Assembly: GCA_965279515.1 (NCBI GenBank)
Contig: CBDIID010000003.1
Span: 2,176,001 to 2,240,000, forward strand
Reading direction: 5' to 3'
From: Turneriella sp.
GTDB lineage: Bacteria; Spirochaetota; Leptospiria; Turneriellales; Turneriellaceae
Length of the DNA stretch: 64,000 nucleotides
Within the stretch, counting starts at the first letter, position 1, and each line of letters begins with the position of its first letter. Below are positions 37,311 to 47,770 of this stretch, piece after piece. The notes beneath the pieces are model-generated. The model ran no database searches. It was not told the origin of the DNA and worked only from the letters and a program-made list of their open reading frames with translations. A program made the position numbers and the translations under genes.

Positions 37311-39076
37311 TGGCGAGGCTGGGCATGCTGCGCACGCAGGTACTCATCATCGGCGGCGGCCCCTCGGGCATGGTCGCTGCGCTTTGTCTCGCAGCATGTG
37401 GTGTGAAGAGTGTGATCGTTGAAAAACGCAGCACGCCATCCCGGCATCCCAAGGGCCACGAGGTCAGCGCGCGTACGCTCGAAATTCTGACGCAGTTGGG
37501 CATCCCATTTAAAGAACTCGAGGCAGAGGCGTCGCCGCATGAGGATGCCTCGCGTATTCTGTTCTGCCGCACCCTGAATGAAGAGATCGGCCGTATCGAT
37601 CTTAACGAGAAATCGATCCGCGAAAAATACGCGGCGCATACGGCGCTGCCACGCCCCTATCTCAACCTCTCGCAGACCGAACTCGAAAAAGTTCTGCGCC
37701 GGCATGTTACGAAAAACAAATCAGTTACACTGCTCACGGGTGCAGAATGGAAATCGCTCAGCCAGCAGGCCGACGGCGTGACATGCGTCGCACGGCGCGC
37801 CGAGGGCGAGGTGCTGGAAATCCGTTGTGACTATGTGTTCAGCTGCGATGGTGCGGGCGGAAAATGCCGCGATTTTCTCGGCATTCGTATGACCGGGCCT
37901 GAGAAAATTCAGGATGTCGTCAATGCCTACTTCACCGATGATCTGCGGGCAAAAATCAAAACGCCGGCAAAACTTTTCTTTGTCTTCAAGCCCGACGCCG
38001 TCGGTACGTTCATCGCCCACCATGCGGCGAAGCGCTGGGTCTACCACGTGCCGGTGATGACTCCGCACGAGAAAATCGAAGATTATACCGAAGACGTTTT
38101 CCGTGAGCGTATCGCAAAAGCGATGGGAGATCCGCACTTTAAGGCGAATATTCAATCGATCAGCTCATGGCGCATGACGGCCCAGGTCGCCGAGACCTTC
38201 CAAAAGGGTCGGGTATTTCTCGTCGGCGACAGTGCTCACCGCTTTCCGCCGACCGGGGGCCTTGGGCTCAATTCGGGTGTGGCAGACGCGCACAATCTGG
38301 CATGGAAAATCGCGGCGGTCCTCAACGGCGAAGCATCGCCTGAGCTTCTCGCAAGCTATGAAAAAGAGAGAAAGCCCGTCGTCGCCGTGAATAGCGAAGA
38401 GAGCCGCCGGAATTTTTTCAACCTGCTTAAGATCCCGGCGGCACTCGGCATCAACGCACATGTACTGCCCTGGATCATGGCATGCCTCGCGCTGCCGCCA
38501 TTGCGCTGGTTGGGAAAAGGCTTTAGAAAATCTGCACTCCGCCTGATCTTTGATCTCGGCGATAAGATGCTGCGGCGCTATGCCACGAAACCCAAATTAC
38601 AAAAACGTGTACAATCTGCTGTTTCGGAGCAAATCTCGCATTTCGACCGCATCGGTCTCGACCTGGGTTTCCATTATGGCCGGGACGCTGATCTCACACG
38701 AACGACGCAGTATGCACCCGATTTTTCGCCCGGTTCGCGTTTGCCGGTATTTTCGTTTCGGCAGTCGGGTCGGGAGATTATCTCTCACACGCTGATACGT
38801 TACACACGATTCTCGCTGCTCATTGGCGAAAAAGCCCTGTCTCTGTGGCGCCGGCATGCCCATGCGCTGCATACGGATATACAGTTGAAGCTCGCTGCAG
38901 TCCCCGAAACAGTGTATATCGGCGGCAAAGCGGTAGCTTTTCCGCGCACGGGGGCTATCCTCATTCGGCCCGACGGGCATATCGCTGCAAATTTCAGCAG
39001 CGCCGATAACGCCTATGAGGCATTGGCGCAATACTTTGAAAACTCAGGGTTCACAAACTGGAGGATCGCTTCATGA
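37310..39076 (+). CDS. FAD-dependent monooxygenase (PheA/TfdB family)
   Basis: GGGPSG, CDGAG, GDSAHRFPPTGGLGLNSG.ADAHNLAWK, LIRPDGHI. Confidence 0.93.
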   Translation: MARLGMLRTQVLIIGGGPSGMVAALCLAACGVKSVIVEKRSTPSRHPKGHEVSARTLEILTQLGIPFKELEAEASPHEDASRILFCRTLNEEIGRIDLNEKSIREKYAAHTALPRPYLNLSQTELEKVLRRHVTKNKSVTLLTGAEWKSLSQQADGVTCVARRAEGEVLEIRCDYVFSCDGAGGKCRDFLGIRMTGPEKIQDVVNAYFTDDLRAKIKTPAKLFFVFKPDAVGTFIAHHAAKRWVYHVPVMTPHEKIEDYTEDVFRERIAKAMGDPHFKANIQSISSWRMTAQVAETFQKGRVFLVGDSAHRFPPTGGLGLNSGVADAHNLAWKIAAVLNGEASPELLASYEKERKPVVAVNSEESRRNFFNLLKIPAALGINAHVLPWIMACLALPPLRWLGKGFRKSALRLIFDLGDKMLRRYATKPKLQKRVQSAVSEQISHFDRIGLDLGFHYGRDADLTRTTQYAPDFSPGSRLPVFSFRQSGREIISHTLIRYTRFSLLIGEKALSLWRRHAHALHTDIQLKLAAVPETVYIGGKAVAFPRTGAILIRPDGHIAANFSSADNAYEALAQYFENSGFTNWRIAS

Positions 39077-40050
39077 AAATCATACTCTTCGACATTCTCT
39101 TCATTCTCGCGGGTTGCTCAGTTTTCCTGGGTTGGTATCTCTTCAGGCCGTTACGGCATCATCCGCAACCGGCAGCGTTCGTTTGCCTGAACGAAGCGGA
39201 CGGAAAATTCAGTTCGCTACCGTTAAGACCGAAACACATTTTCGGCATCGGCTTAAGTTATGCGCAGCATATCGATGAAACGGCGCATGAATTCGATCCG
39301 CAGGGTGGTCCCGCCGTCTTTATCAAAGACCGCCGCTCGCTGAAACCGGGCGGTGGCGAAACTGAAATACCCGGCATGAGTGATTTGCTCGAAGCCGCAG
39401 CCGGCGTTGATGCGACGCTGCGCAAAACCTTGCGCGAAAAATTTCAGGATTTTCCGCCGCTGATGGACTATGAGGCAGAGTTGGGATTTACACTTTTGGA
39501 GAACATTTCTGACGATGAGCTGCATGACCCGTCGTACATTCCCAAACTCGGCTTTCTGATTGCAAATGACCTTTCGGCGCGCGCGCTGCAGGTTCTCGGC
39601 GAGGGTATGCCGAACCGCCTGGAATACTGGGGCATGTCGAAAAGCCTGGAAGATTTCTTACCGACGTCGAAAAAGGTCTGGGTGCCGAACGAACACGTTG
39701 CCGACGCGATTCCCTGTATCACGCTCGAAACGCGCGTCAACGGGGAGATCCGCCAAAGTGCGAAAACCAACAACATGATCTACACCCCACGCCAGATGCT
39801 GATCGCCGCGCGTGCGACATACCCGCAGCTGCCGCTGCTGAAGGGCGACATCGTCATCATGGGTACGCCGGGCGGCATCGCGCTCTCAGCGCCGCGCTTC
39901 AAGGCCCGGCTTGCGGAGCTGTTTCGTTTTAGCCGGTTTACGAAGCTCAGGTTTATTCTCAAGGGTGATCAGAGTAAGTTCCTGAAGCCGGGCGATAAAG
40001 TGACTGTCAGTGGCGGCTGGTTTGGTGAAATCAGGTCGCAGCTGAAATAA
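39073..40050 (+). CDS. Fumarylacetoacetate hydrolase family protein with N-terminal TM anchor
   Basis: GIGLSYAQH, DYEAEL, NDLSAR, GDIVIMGTPGG, LKPGD. Confidence 0.9.
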   Translation: MKIILFDILFILAGCSVFLGWYLFRPLRHHPQPAAFVCLNEADGKFSSLPLRPKHIFGIGLSYAQHIDETAHEFDPQGGPAVFIKDRRSLKPGGGETEIPGMSDLLEAAAGVDATLRKTLREKFQDFPPLMDYEAELGFTLLENISDDELHDPSYIPKLGFLIANDLSARALQVLGEGMPNRLEYWGMSKSLEDFLPTSKKVWVPNEHVADAIPCITLETRVNGEIRQSAKTNNMIYTPRQMLIAARATYPQLPLLKGDIVIMGTPGGIALSAPRFKARLAELFRFSRFTKLRFILKGDQSKFLKPGDKVTVSGGWFGEIRSQLK

Positions 40051-40092
40051 TAAATGATGACATAATATTGAGGATAAAAGAAAGCTGCGGGA

Positions 40093-41778
40093 GTGATTAT
40101 CCTCAAGGAAATCGTTCAGAGCGCGGCCGGTAAGATTTATCATTTCTGCCGACTGCGCTCCGACGGCCTGGAGCTCGACGCCCTCAATATCTCACTCGAT
40201 GGTCAGGGGGCAATCGTATCGATTGAAATATTACATAACATTGAGGGAGATTGTGCCTTCTCTGATTCCGGCGAACTGGTCCATTGTACTGCATGGGAAT
40301 CAGAAGCCGAGGCCCAGCAGGCATCCGACTGGTCGCGTCATTATCCGCTGCGCGTCGGCATCGCAAAGGCCGGCCGGGCCGAAGCGTTGCGGATTTTTCA
40401 CAATTTGAGATCGGTCATCTACGATAATTATCTGAAACACCTGCTGGGGATATTCCCCAGTGGCAAAACGCGATTAATCTTCGATGAATCTCTGTACACC
40501 GTTTACATACCAGAGCTAGCACAACCCCAGCCAGCTGCGGATGTACCGGAATCAGAAAGTGATGTGCGCAGCTTCTTTAACAGGCATAGGCGCGTGCTCA
40601 GGATATGCGGGATCAGCATGTTGGTACTTTGTGGCGGTCTCGTCGCATTTCTGTTAAGAAAACCCAAGTTCCCCCCAAGAACCGAAGAGATGGCGCGCAT
40701 GGGCAAAACAGAGCTACTGCCAGCGCTGAAATTCCTCGATCGGGATTTCTCCGAAATACTGCAGCAGTACGGCCGCGAACACGGGCCGGGGCTCCCGGCC
40801 TATGGTGAAAAAGCTGCCGACGTCGAATTCAAGTCACCAGACCAATTTCTGGATGACTTGTATCCCCTGGATAAAGAGATACAAATCCGGATATTCCATG
40901 ATCAAGTTTTCAAAAATGTAAAATTTTTTTCCCGGGAAAAGGCGGGAATTTTTCGTCGTTTGTTCGATGAAAATCTGATCCGCACCATCTCGATGACGCC
41001 AGACGGCATTATCCCTTTTGCATTCGACTATCTCAAAAACCAGCTCGATAAGAATTCACTGCTCAATTATACCCTCTACCTGATTACCCATGAACAGAAC
41101 TCCGCGTTGGCGATTGAGGCAATGCTGATTTTTTTCCGGATAACGGAAATTCAAAAGCATACCGTTAGCTTTATCTTTTATGAGCGAGAGATCCGTGAAA
41201 CATGTATTAACCGGGACTTTGAAAGATTAAAACATCCGAATGAAGCCATAATACTCTGCGAAACACTTGAAAAGCATAATGCATGGAAGATGATGGACAA
41301 GGAAATTTTAATGGGAAAATTCCATACAATGCAGGAGAGCATACTCAAGCACCTAAGTGCCAGCGCCGGGCAAAGTACCCGGCTTGCAGACATTAAATTC
41401 GAATTAGCCCTGGTGCGCTTCGAGGCCGCACAGACTCCTGCAGATATGGCATCTGCGATTGCACTCTTTTATGAGATTCCCGTACCGGCGGAACCGGGCG
41501 GCTTCGCGTACAGGGAATCCCATCAACAACTTCTCAAGCTGTTTGCCCAGAAGCAGCCTGAATTGCGCTCTCTTCGGAATAGGAAGAAAGAAGAGGGAGA
41601 TCTCAGCAAACTGACAGCTAAGGCCGATGCCTTACGTTCATCGTTAAACCGGAGCGCGAAAATTCCGGCTACTCTAAAGGATCAGGTAAGCCAGACAATG
41701 CGGAAATGGCACGCCAACGTTGCCGAAAGAAATATCAAACGGGCACGGAAGTTCGCGGAAAAAACCGTAAATAAATAG
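40093..41778 (+). CDS. Hypothetical protein with a single TM segment
   Basis: 561-aa ORF; hydrophobic ICGISMLVLCGGLVAFLL; no recognised motif. Confidence 0.65.
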   Translation: MIILKEIVQSAAGKIYHFCRLRSDGLELDALNISLDGQGAIVSIEILHNIEGDCAFSDSGELVHCTAWESEAEAQQASDWSRHYPLRVGIAKAGRAEALRIFHNLRSVIYDNYLKHLLGIFPSGKTRLIFDESLYTVYIPELAQPQPAADVPESESDVRSFFNRHRRVLRICGISMLVLCGGLVAFLLRKPKFPPRTEEMARMGKTELLPALKFLDRDFSEILQQYGREHGPGLPAYGEKAADVEFKSPDQFLDDLYPLDKEIQIRIFHDQVFKNVKFFSREKAGIFRRLFDENLIRTISMTPDGIIPFAFDYLKNQLDKNSLLNYTLYLITHEQNSALAIEAMLIFFRITEIQKHTVSFIFYEREIRETCINRDFERLKHPNEAIILCETLEKHNAWKMMDKEILMGKFHTMQESILKHLSASAGQSTRLADIKFELALVRFEAAQTPADMASAIALFYEIPVPAEPGGFAYRESHQQLLKLFAQKQPELRSLRNRKKEEGDLSKLTAKADALRSSLNRSAKIPATLKDQVSQTMRKWHANVAERNIKRARKFAEKTVNK

Positions 41779-41858
41779 CATTCACTCCGGAATCCGGGCG
41801 TTATAAAATTTACGTGACGACCTGAGAAAAAATACAGGACTAATTTATCTTTTAATCG

Positions 41859-42608
41859 ATGCCCCGCAATGCCCAAAAACCATCCGCTAAGCAACAGGTA
41901 ACCAAACCAGTTGTCTTTCACGCGCATAACCTCGCCAAAACCTATACCATGGGCGAAGTCAAAGTGCATGCGCTCGCCGGTATTGAACTCGAGCTCGTGG
42001 AGGGTGAGTTCATTGTACTCCTCGGCGCTTCAGGTTCCGGTAAATCGACACTGCTCAATATTCTCGGCGGGCTCGATACGCCGACCGACGGCAAGGTTCT
42101 CTTCCGCAACAAGGATATTTCAGCCATGTCGGAAAATGAACTAACCTTTTTCCGCCGCGACCATATCGGCTTTGTCTTCCAGTTCTATAACCTGATGCCC
42201 AGCCTTACCGCAGAAGAGAACATCGCGCTGGTGACCGAACTTGCGAAAGACCCCATGACGCCGGCTGAAGCCATGCGCCTCGTCGGCCTCGAAGAGCGCC
42301 TGCAGCATTTTCCCGCGCAGCTCTCCGGGGGTGAACAACAGCGTGTGGCGATTGCACGCGCGATCGCGAAAAAACCCGACGTGCTGCTCTGCGATGAACC
42401 CACGGGAGCCCTCGATTTCAAAACCGGCCGTATCGTGCTCGAGGCCATCTCTGCAGTAAACCTGAAGCTCGGCACAACAACGGTCGTCATCACGCATAAT
42501 GCCGCCATCGCCGGCATGGCCGACCGCGTCATCGAAATGCGCGACGGCCGCATTGTCAGTGATCGTAAAAATAAAAAACGCCAGGCAATCGCGGAGCTCA
42601 GCTGGTGA
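41859..42608 (+). CDS. ABC transporter ATP-binding protein (LolD/MacB type)
   Basis: [40 protein letters not shown]. Confidence 0.95.
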   Translation: MPRNAQKPSAKQQVTKPVVFHAHNLAKTYTMGEVKVHALAGIELELVEGEFIVLLGASGSGKSTLLNILGGLDTPTDGKVLFRNKDISAMSENELTFFRRDHIGFVFQFYNLMPSLTAEENIALVTELAKDPMTPAEAMRLVGLEERLQHFPAQLSGGEQQRVAIARAIAKKPDVLLCDEPTGALDFKTGRIVLEAISAVNLKLGTTTVVITHNAAIAGMADRVIEMRDGRIVSDRKNKKRQAIAELSW

Positions 42609-44944
42609 AAACCATCGACCGCAAAGTCATCCGCGAAATTTCAGGCATGAAAAGCCAGACGATCACCATCGCCATTGTCGTCGCCGCCGGGGTCGCGCTG
42701 TTTGTGTCTTCGAAATCTTCTTATGATTCCCTGGCCCGTGCACGCGACCATTTCTACAGCTCGACCGGTTTTGCGGAAGGTTTTGCTTCGCTGAAAAAAG
42801 CCCCGCGCAGCATTGTGACGCGCCTGTCTGCCACGGGTGGGGTCGCGCTCGTTGAGCCACGCATTACCCAGGAAGCCACGCTGGATTTCCCCGGAGAAAT
42901 ATTGCCCTCCGCCGGCAGATTCGTTTCCCTGCCCGATAAGTTAAGCCGCCTCAGCATCCGCAGCGGCAAATTGCCCGAGACCACAAATGAAGTGATGCTC
43001 AGCGAATCTTTTGCCCGGGCAAATAATCTGCGCCCCGGCAGCCGCATCGTCGCAGTGCTGAATGGCCGGCGCCAGGTGCTCAAGGTCACAGGTTCGGCGC
43101 TCTCTCCCGAATTTGTCTATATATTCCGCCCCGCGACCTTTATGCCCGATGACAAACATTATGGCATTCTCTGGATGACGCGCGAAGCGATGGAGAACCA
43201 CTTCGACTACGGTGCCGCCTTCAACGACCTCGCCTTTACCTTTGCGCCCGGCACGAACACCCGGCACACATTGAAATCCATCGACGCCGTGCTCGAAACC
43301 TATGGCGGCCTCGGCTCTTACGACCGCGACAAACTGGCCTCCTATGCATTTCTGCGCGACGAGTTTAAACAGCTGAGAACCAATGCCTTCTTTTTGCCGC
43401 TGGTTTTTCTCGGCGTCGCTGCCTTCCTGCTGCACATCGTCGCAACCCGGCTCATCAGCCGGCAGCGCGAGCAGATCGCCTCACTCATGGCGCTCGGTTA
43501 TTATAACCGGCAGATCGCCGGCCATTACCTGAAACTCATGCTGATCATCAGCGGTGGCGGCGCGCTGCTCGGTGTTGCGGCAGGCTGGTGGCTCGGGCAG
43601 GGCATGACACAACTTTACGGCGATTTTTACCGTTTTCCCGACCTAAAGCACGTGTTCCATTTTTCCGTCGCCTTCACCGGCCTCATGATCGGCACCGTCG
43701 CCGGCGTGTTTGGCACCTGGTTTTCCGTGAAACGTGTGATGAAGATGCAGCCGGCACAGGCCATGCGCCCCCCGGTGCCCGAGAGTTTTGCGCAGTCATT
43801 TTTCGAGCGCTGGTTCAAAAACATCCCTACGACCACACGCATGTTTTTGCGCAACCTGCTGCGGCGCCCGCTGCGCACCTCGCTCTCCATAGTCGGATTA
43901 TCCACTTCGGTAATGATTATGGTCCTTGGGCTGTTTATGACCGATGTCATGGACTCGATCGTCGGCATACAGTTTGATCTCATTAACCGCGACAACATGA
44001 ACGTCTCGTTCTTACGGCCCGTGCCGGCAGATGCACTGGACGAATTGCGTAGCATACCCGGAGTAGAGCTCGCCGAAGGTTACCGCCAGGTGCCCGTGCG
44101 GCTGAGGCATGGCCAATTTACAAAAGAGCTCGCGGTGACGGGAATTCCGGCAAATGCACAATTGCGGCGCGTGGCAGACCAGAATCGCGACGTTGTCTCT
44201 CTGCCGCTTTCGGGAGTATTGCTCAACTCGAATGTCGCGCGCAAGATGCAGCTGGGGCCGGGAGATACTGTCGAACTCGAACTCCTCGAAGGCAGCCGCC
44301 GCCGTGTCTCGGTTACCATCTCACGGCTGGTGGATGAAATTCTGGGCCAGGGTTGTTATATGCGCATGGAGGCTCTGAGCCGCCTGCTTAACGAAGAACA
44401 CAGTATTAACAGCGCCGCGCTGCGCATCGACACGCTGCAACAGGATCAGATTATCGCGCGCCTGAAAGTATCCTCGCAGGTTGCCTCGATCGGCACGCGC
44501 GAGGCGACGCTCAAAATCTTCTATGAGATGATGTCGCGCAGCATGCTGACGATGATTACGATCATCATGGTATTTGCCGCTGCGATTTCCATCGGCGTCG
44601 TCTACAACACAGCCATGATCTTGCTGTCGGAACGCACCTTTGAACTGGGATCGCTCCGCATCCTGGGTTTTACCAAAGCCCGGGTGTTCGAAATGCTCGC
44701 CTCGGAGCTAGGTACAGTAGTTATGGCCTCGCTCATACCCGGCTGCTTTCTGGGTTATGGTTTCGCCTGGCTGCTCATGAACTCCGTTGACACCGAAGAA
44801 TTTTCGCTGACGCTCATGATCAGCAACCGCACGTATGTAACGGCGATGCTGACTTCACTGGCGACGGCACTCCTCAGTTTTATCATCTTGTTTTTCCGCA
44901 TAAGAAAAATGGACCTGGTCTCGGTACTCAAAGTGAGGGAATAA
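42605..44944 (+). CDS. ABC transporter permease, duplicated FtsX/MacB type
   Basis: Two FtsX halves: [13 protein letters not shown] and [14 protein letters not shown]. Confidence 0.92.
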   Translation: MKTIDRKVIREISGMKSQTITIAIVVAAGVALFVSSKSSYDSLARARDHFYSSTGFAEGFASLKKAPRSIVTRLSATGGVALVEPRITQEATLDFPGEILPSAGRFVSLPDKLSRLSIRSGKLPETTNEVMLSESFARANNLRPGSRIVAVLNGRRQVLKVTGSALSPEFVYIFRPATFMPDDKHYGILWMTREAMENHFDYGAAFNDLAFTFAPGTNTRHTLKSIDAVLETYGGLGSYDRDKLASYAFLRDEFKQLRTNAFFLPLVFLGVAAFLLHIVATRLISRQREQIASLMALGYYNRQIAGHYLKLMLIISGGGALLGVAAGWWLGQGMTQLYGDFYRFPDLKHVFHFSVAFTGLMIGTVAGVFGTWFSVKRVMKMQPAQAMRPPVPESFAQSFFERWFKNIPTTTRMFLRNLLRRPLRTSLSIVGLSTSVMIMVLGLFMTDVMDSIVGIQFDLINRDNMNVSFLRPVPADALDELRSIPGVELAEGYRQVPVRLRHGQFTKELAVTGIPANAQLRRVADQNRDVVSLPLSGVLLNSNVARKMQLGPGDTVELELLEGSRRRVSVTISRLVDEILGQGCYMRMEALSRLLNEEHSINSAALRIDTLQQDQIIARLKVSSQVASIGTREATLKIFYEMMSRSMLTMITIIMVFAAAISIGVVYNTAMILLSERTFELGSLRILGFTKARVFEMLASELGTVVMASLIPGCFLGYGFAWLLMNSVDTEEFSLTLMISNRTYVTAMLTSLATALLSFIILFFRIRKMDLVSVLKVRE

Positions 44945-45817
44945 ATGGCAATTGCAGATAAAATCAAATCCGGCTGGAAAAACCGCTATCTCCGTTATGG
45001 CGGCCTGGCGGCAATCATCGTCGCCGCGCTGTTACTTTTCTACCGCAAACCCCCGGTGCCGACGGAAATCCACAAGGTGCAGCGCGGCACCTATGAAGCC
45101 TTCGTCGAAGAAGACGGGGTGACGCGGGTAAGGGAAAAATTTACGGTATTCTCCCCGGCTTCGGGTGTTTTGATGCGCGTGCATAAACATGCGGGGGATC
45201 GCCTGCAGAAAGGCGAGCTGATCACACATGTCATGCTCGATTACATGCGCCCGGTAAAATCGCCGGTCACAGGTACGGTATTAAAAATCCACCGTGAAAG
45301 CGAAGGTCCCATAGAAATGGGTTCTCCCATCGCCGACATCGGCGACACCGACAAGCTTGAAATCGTGTCCGAAGTTCTTACCCGCGATGTCGTCAACCTG
45401 AAACCCGGCAATGAAGTCATGGTCAGCGGCTGGGGCGGCGGCAACCTCGCCGGAAAAATCCGCCTCGTCGAACCATCCGCATTCACAAAAATCTCAACCC
45501 TCGGGGTCGAAGAGCAGCGCGTACGCGTGCTGATAGATTTTGACCGGCCCAAAGAAATGGGTGAGGGATTTCAGGTGCGCTGCCGCCTCATTTCACAACG
45601 CAAAGCAGATAGCCTGATTGTCCCGGTGGGCGCCCTGTTCCGCGACGGTGAAACCTGGGCGCTTTACCGCGTTATCAAGTCCCGCGCGGTAAAAACGACG
45701 CTGAAGGTCGCTGAAACCAGCGGCAGCACCGCACTGATAGAGACCGGCATCACTGCCGGCGACGACGTGATTTTGTTTCCGGGAGAAAAAATCCGCGACG
45801 GCGTAAAGGTACGCTGA
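44945..45817 (+). CDS. Efflux periplasmic adaptor (HlyD/MFP family), short
   Basis: TM anchor; VEEDGVTRVRE; VEPSAFTKISTLGVEEQRV; VPVGALFR. Confidence 0.88.
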   Translation: MAIADKIKSGWKNRYLRYGGLAAIIVAALLLFYRKPPVPTEIHKVQRGTYEAFVEEDGVTRVREKFTVFSPASGVLMRVHKHAGDRLQKGELITHVMLDYMRPVKSPVTGTVLKIHRESEGPIEMGSPIADIGDTDKLEIVSEVLTRDVVNLKPGNEVMVSGWGGGNLAGKIRLVEPSAFTKISTLGVEEQRVRVLIDFDRPKEMGEGFQVRCRLISQRKADSLIVPVGALFRDGETWALYRVIKSRAVKTTLKVAETSGSTALIETGITAGDDVILFPGEKIRDGVKVR

Positions 45818-47181
45818 TGCCTTCAAACAATACCGCCATGCACTCACTGAGTGAATGGCGGCTGAACCAGACCCGCAGCCTGCTGTTACTCGTATCGCTG
45901 CTGATTGCCGCCATTCTGCCCGGGCTGCACTTCATGCTGAAAATCATTCCCGGCCTACCGGCTGACCCCCTCGGCATCAGGCTCATCGCCGCGGGCACCA
46001 TTCTCTTATTCGGAACGCTGACGTATTTACTGAAACCACTCCACCGCTTTTCAGAAGCCGTGCTGTTTTTCAACGTCACCCTGCTGCTGTGTGTGGATAT
46101 CTTGCTGATCACGCATGCACAGAACAACCTGATCCATATCTCCGCCGGGCTGCTGGCAATTTTCGGCGCGCAGGTTCTGTTCACCCGCTTCTGGTACTGC
46201 CTCAGTTCCTATGCGCTTGCCCTGGTTTTCCAAATTGCCTACACGGCGAGTGTGACAGATATCCGCGATTTCCGCAATCTGACGACGATTTTCATCTACG
46301 GCAATGCCTACGCCGTCTCGGCACTGCTCGCCTACCTGCACATCAAGCAGCTCGACCGGGATTTCGCGCAGCGTAAGGAAATTCTCGCCCTCAAACAAAC
46401 CCAGGACGGGGACTATTACCTCACTTCGCTGCTGATCGAACCGCTGATACGCAACAGCGCGAAATCGGCGCTGATCGCTGTCGATTTTTACATCGAACAA
46501 AAGAAAAAAGTCCGCTTCTATGAAAATGATTTCGACCTCGGGGGCGATATCTGTGTCTCAGACCGCGTCAAACTCGCTGGCGAGGATTTTGTTTTTTTCT
46601 TCAACGGCGACGCGATGGGTAAGTCTTCCCAGGGAGCCGGCGGAGCGCTTGTCACGGGTTCGCTGCTGCATTCCATTCTCGCGCGTTCGCATACCAGCCG
46701 CGAGATGCAGATTTCTCCCGAACGCTGGCTTATGGCGGTATACCGGGAGATCCAGCGCATCATGGAATCGTTTGATGGCTCGATGTATGTCTCTGCGGTG
46801 TTTGGCCTGATTTCAGAAAAAACGGGAGCTCTGCTTTACCTGAACGCCGAGCATCCTTTTTCGGTGCTTTACCGGGCGGGCCAGGCCAGCTTTACCGAGA
46901 ATGAAATCTCTGTACACAAACTCGGCGTACCCTTCGCCCAAAAACCGAAGATCTACGCGCGTCAATTGCTGCAGGGTGATATCTTTCTAATCGCTTCAGA
47001 TGGGCGCGACGATTTACTGGTAAACGGTAATTTCCTGGACTACAAAATAGCAGACCGGCCGCGATTTCTGACGCTCGTGGAGGCAGCCCAGGGAAACCTG
47101 AAAGAGATTGCGGCGGCAGTTCACGGCTCCGGAGAAGTCACCGACGACCTTTCCATGATCCGCATCGAGTATAAAGCATGA
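45817..47181 (+). CDS. Membrane-bound PP2C/SpoIIE family phosphatase
   Basis: N-terminal TMs; QDGDYYLTS, GGD, GDAMGKS, NAEHP, SDG, DDLS. Confidence 0.92.
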   Translation: MPSNNTAMHSLSEWRLNQTRSLLLLVSLLIAAILPGLHFMLKIIPGLPADPLGIRLIAAGTILLFGTLTYLLKPLHRFSEAVLFFNVTLLLCVDILLITHAQNNLIHISAGLLAIFGAQVLFTRFWYCLSSYALALVFQIAYTASVTDIRDFRNLTTIFIYGNAYAVSALLAYLHIKQLDRDFAQRKEILALKQTQDGDYYLTSLLIEPLIRNSAKSALIAVDFYIEQKKKVRFYENDFDLGGDICVSDRVKLAGEDFVFFFNGDAMGKSSQGAGGALVTGSLLHSILARSHTSREMQISPERWLMAVYREIQRIMESFDGSMYVSAVFGLISEKTGALLYLNAEHPFSVLYRAGQASFTENEISVHKLGVPFAQKPKIYARQLLQGDIFLIASDGRDDLLVNGNFLDYKIADRPRFLTLVEAAQGNLKEIAAAVHGSGEVTDDLSMIRIEYKA

Positions 47182-47744
47182 AACTTGTCATTATTCCCGG
47201 CCTCGGTAATTCTGGTCCTGAACACTGGCAGACACTCTGGCAGAAAAAGTTCTCTGGTTCCGTTCGCGTAAATCAAAATGATTGGGAAAGACCCGATCGC
47301 GGGCTGTGGATTGATGCGCTGCAGGGCGTTGTGGCCGTCCAGCAGGCGGATATCCTGCTTGTCGCCCATAGCCTCGGCGTCGCACTCGTCGCGCATTGGG
47401 CGGCTCAATACCGGGCGGCAAATGTGAAAGGCGCATTGCTCGTATCGCCGAGCGACGTCGATTCACCGGCGCACACACCCGAAGAGGTGCGCAGCTTTGC
47501 GCCGATACCGCTGGAAAGACTTCCGTTCAAAAGCATCGTGGTTTCGAGTAGCAACGACACATTCGTCAGCGCTCAACGCGCACGTTTTTTTGCCGACCGT
47601 TGGGGTTCGGAGTTTATCGACGTCGGGCCGCACGGTCACATCAACGCCGCGTCTGGCCTCGGCGAATGGGAAGAAGGTCAGAAAATTCTGGGCCGGCTTG
47701 AGGACCCCACCCCCGGCCCCTCTCCACGTAGTGGGGAGGGGTGA
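47178..47744 (+). CDS. RBBP9/YdeN family alpha/beta hydrolase
   Basis: PGLGNSGPEHWQ, AHSLG, SSND, GHIN. Confidence 0.93.
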   Translation: MKLVIIPGLGNSGPEHWQTLWQKKFSGSVRVNQNDWERPDRGLWIDALQGVVAVQQADILLVAHSLGVALVAHWAAQYRAANVKGALLVSPSDVDSPAHTPEEVRSFAPIPLERLPFKSIVVSSSNDTFVSAQRARFFADRWGSEFIDVGPHGHINAASGLGEWEEGQKILGRLEDPTPGPSPRSGEG

Positions 47745-47762
47745 CCGAAGGTCGGGGTGGGG
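47705..47762. repeat. GC-rich palindromic (REP-like) element at a convergent junction
   Basis: CCCCACCCC/GGGGTGGGG outer stem enclosing two hairpins. Confidence 0.65.
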
Positions 47763-47770
47763 CTAGAACC

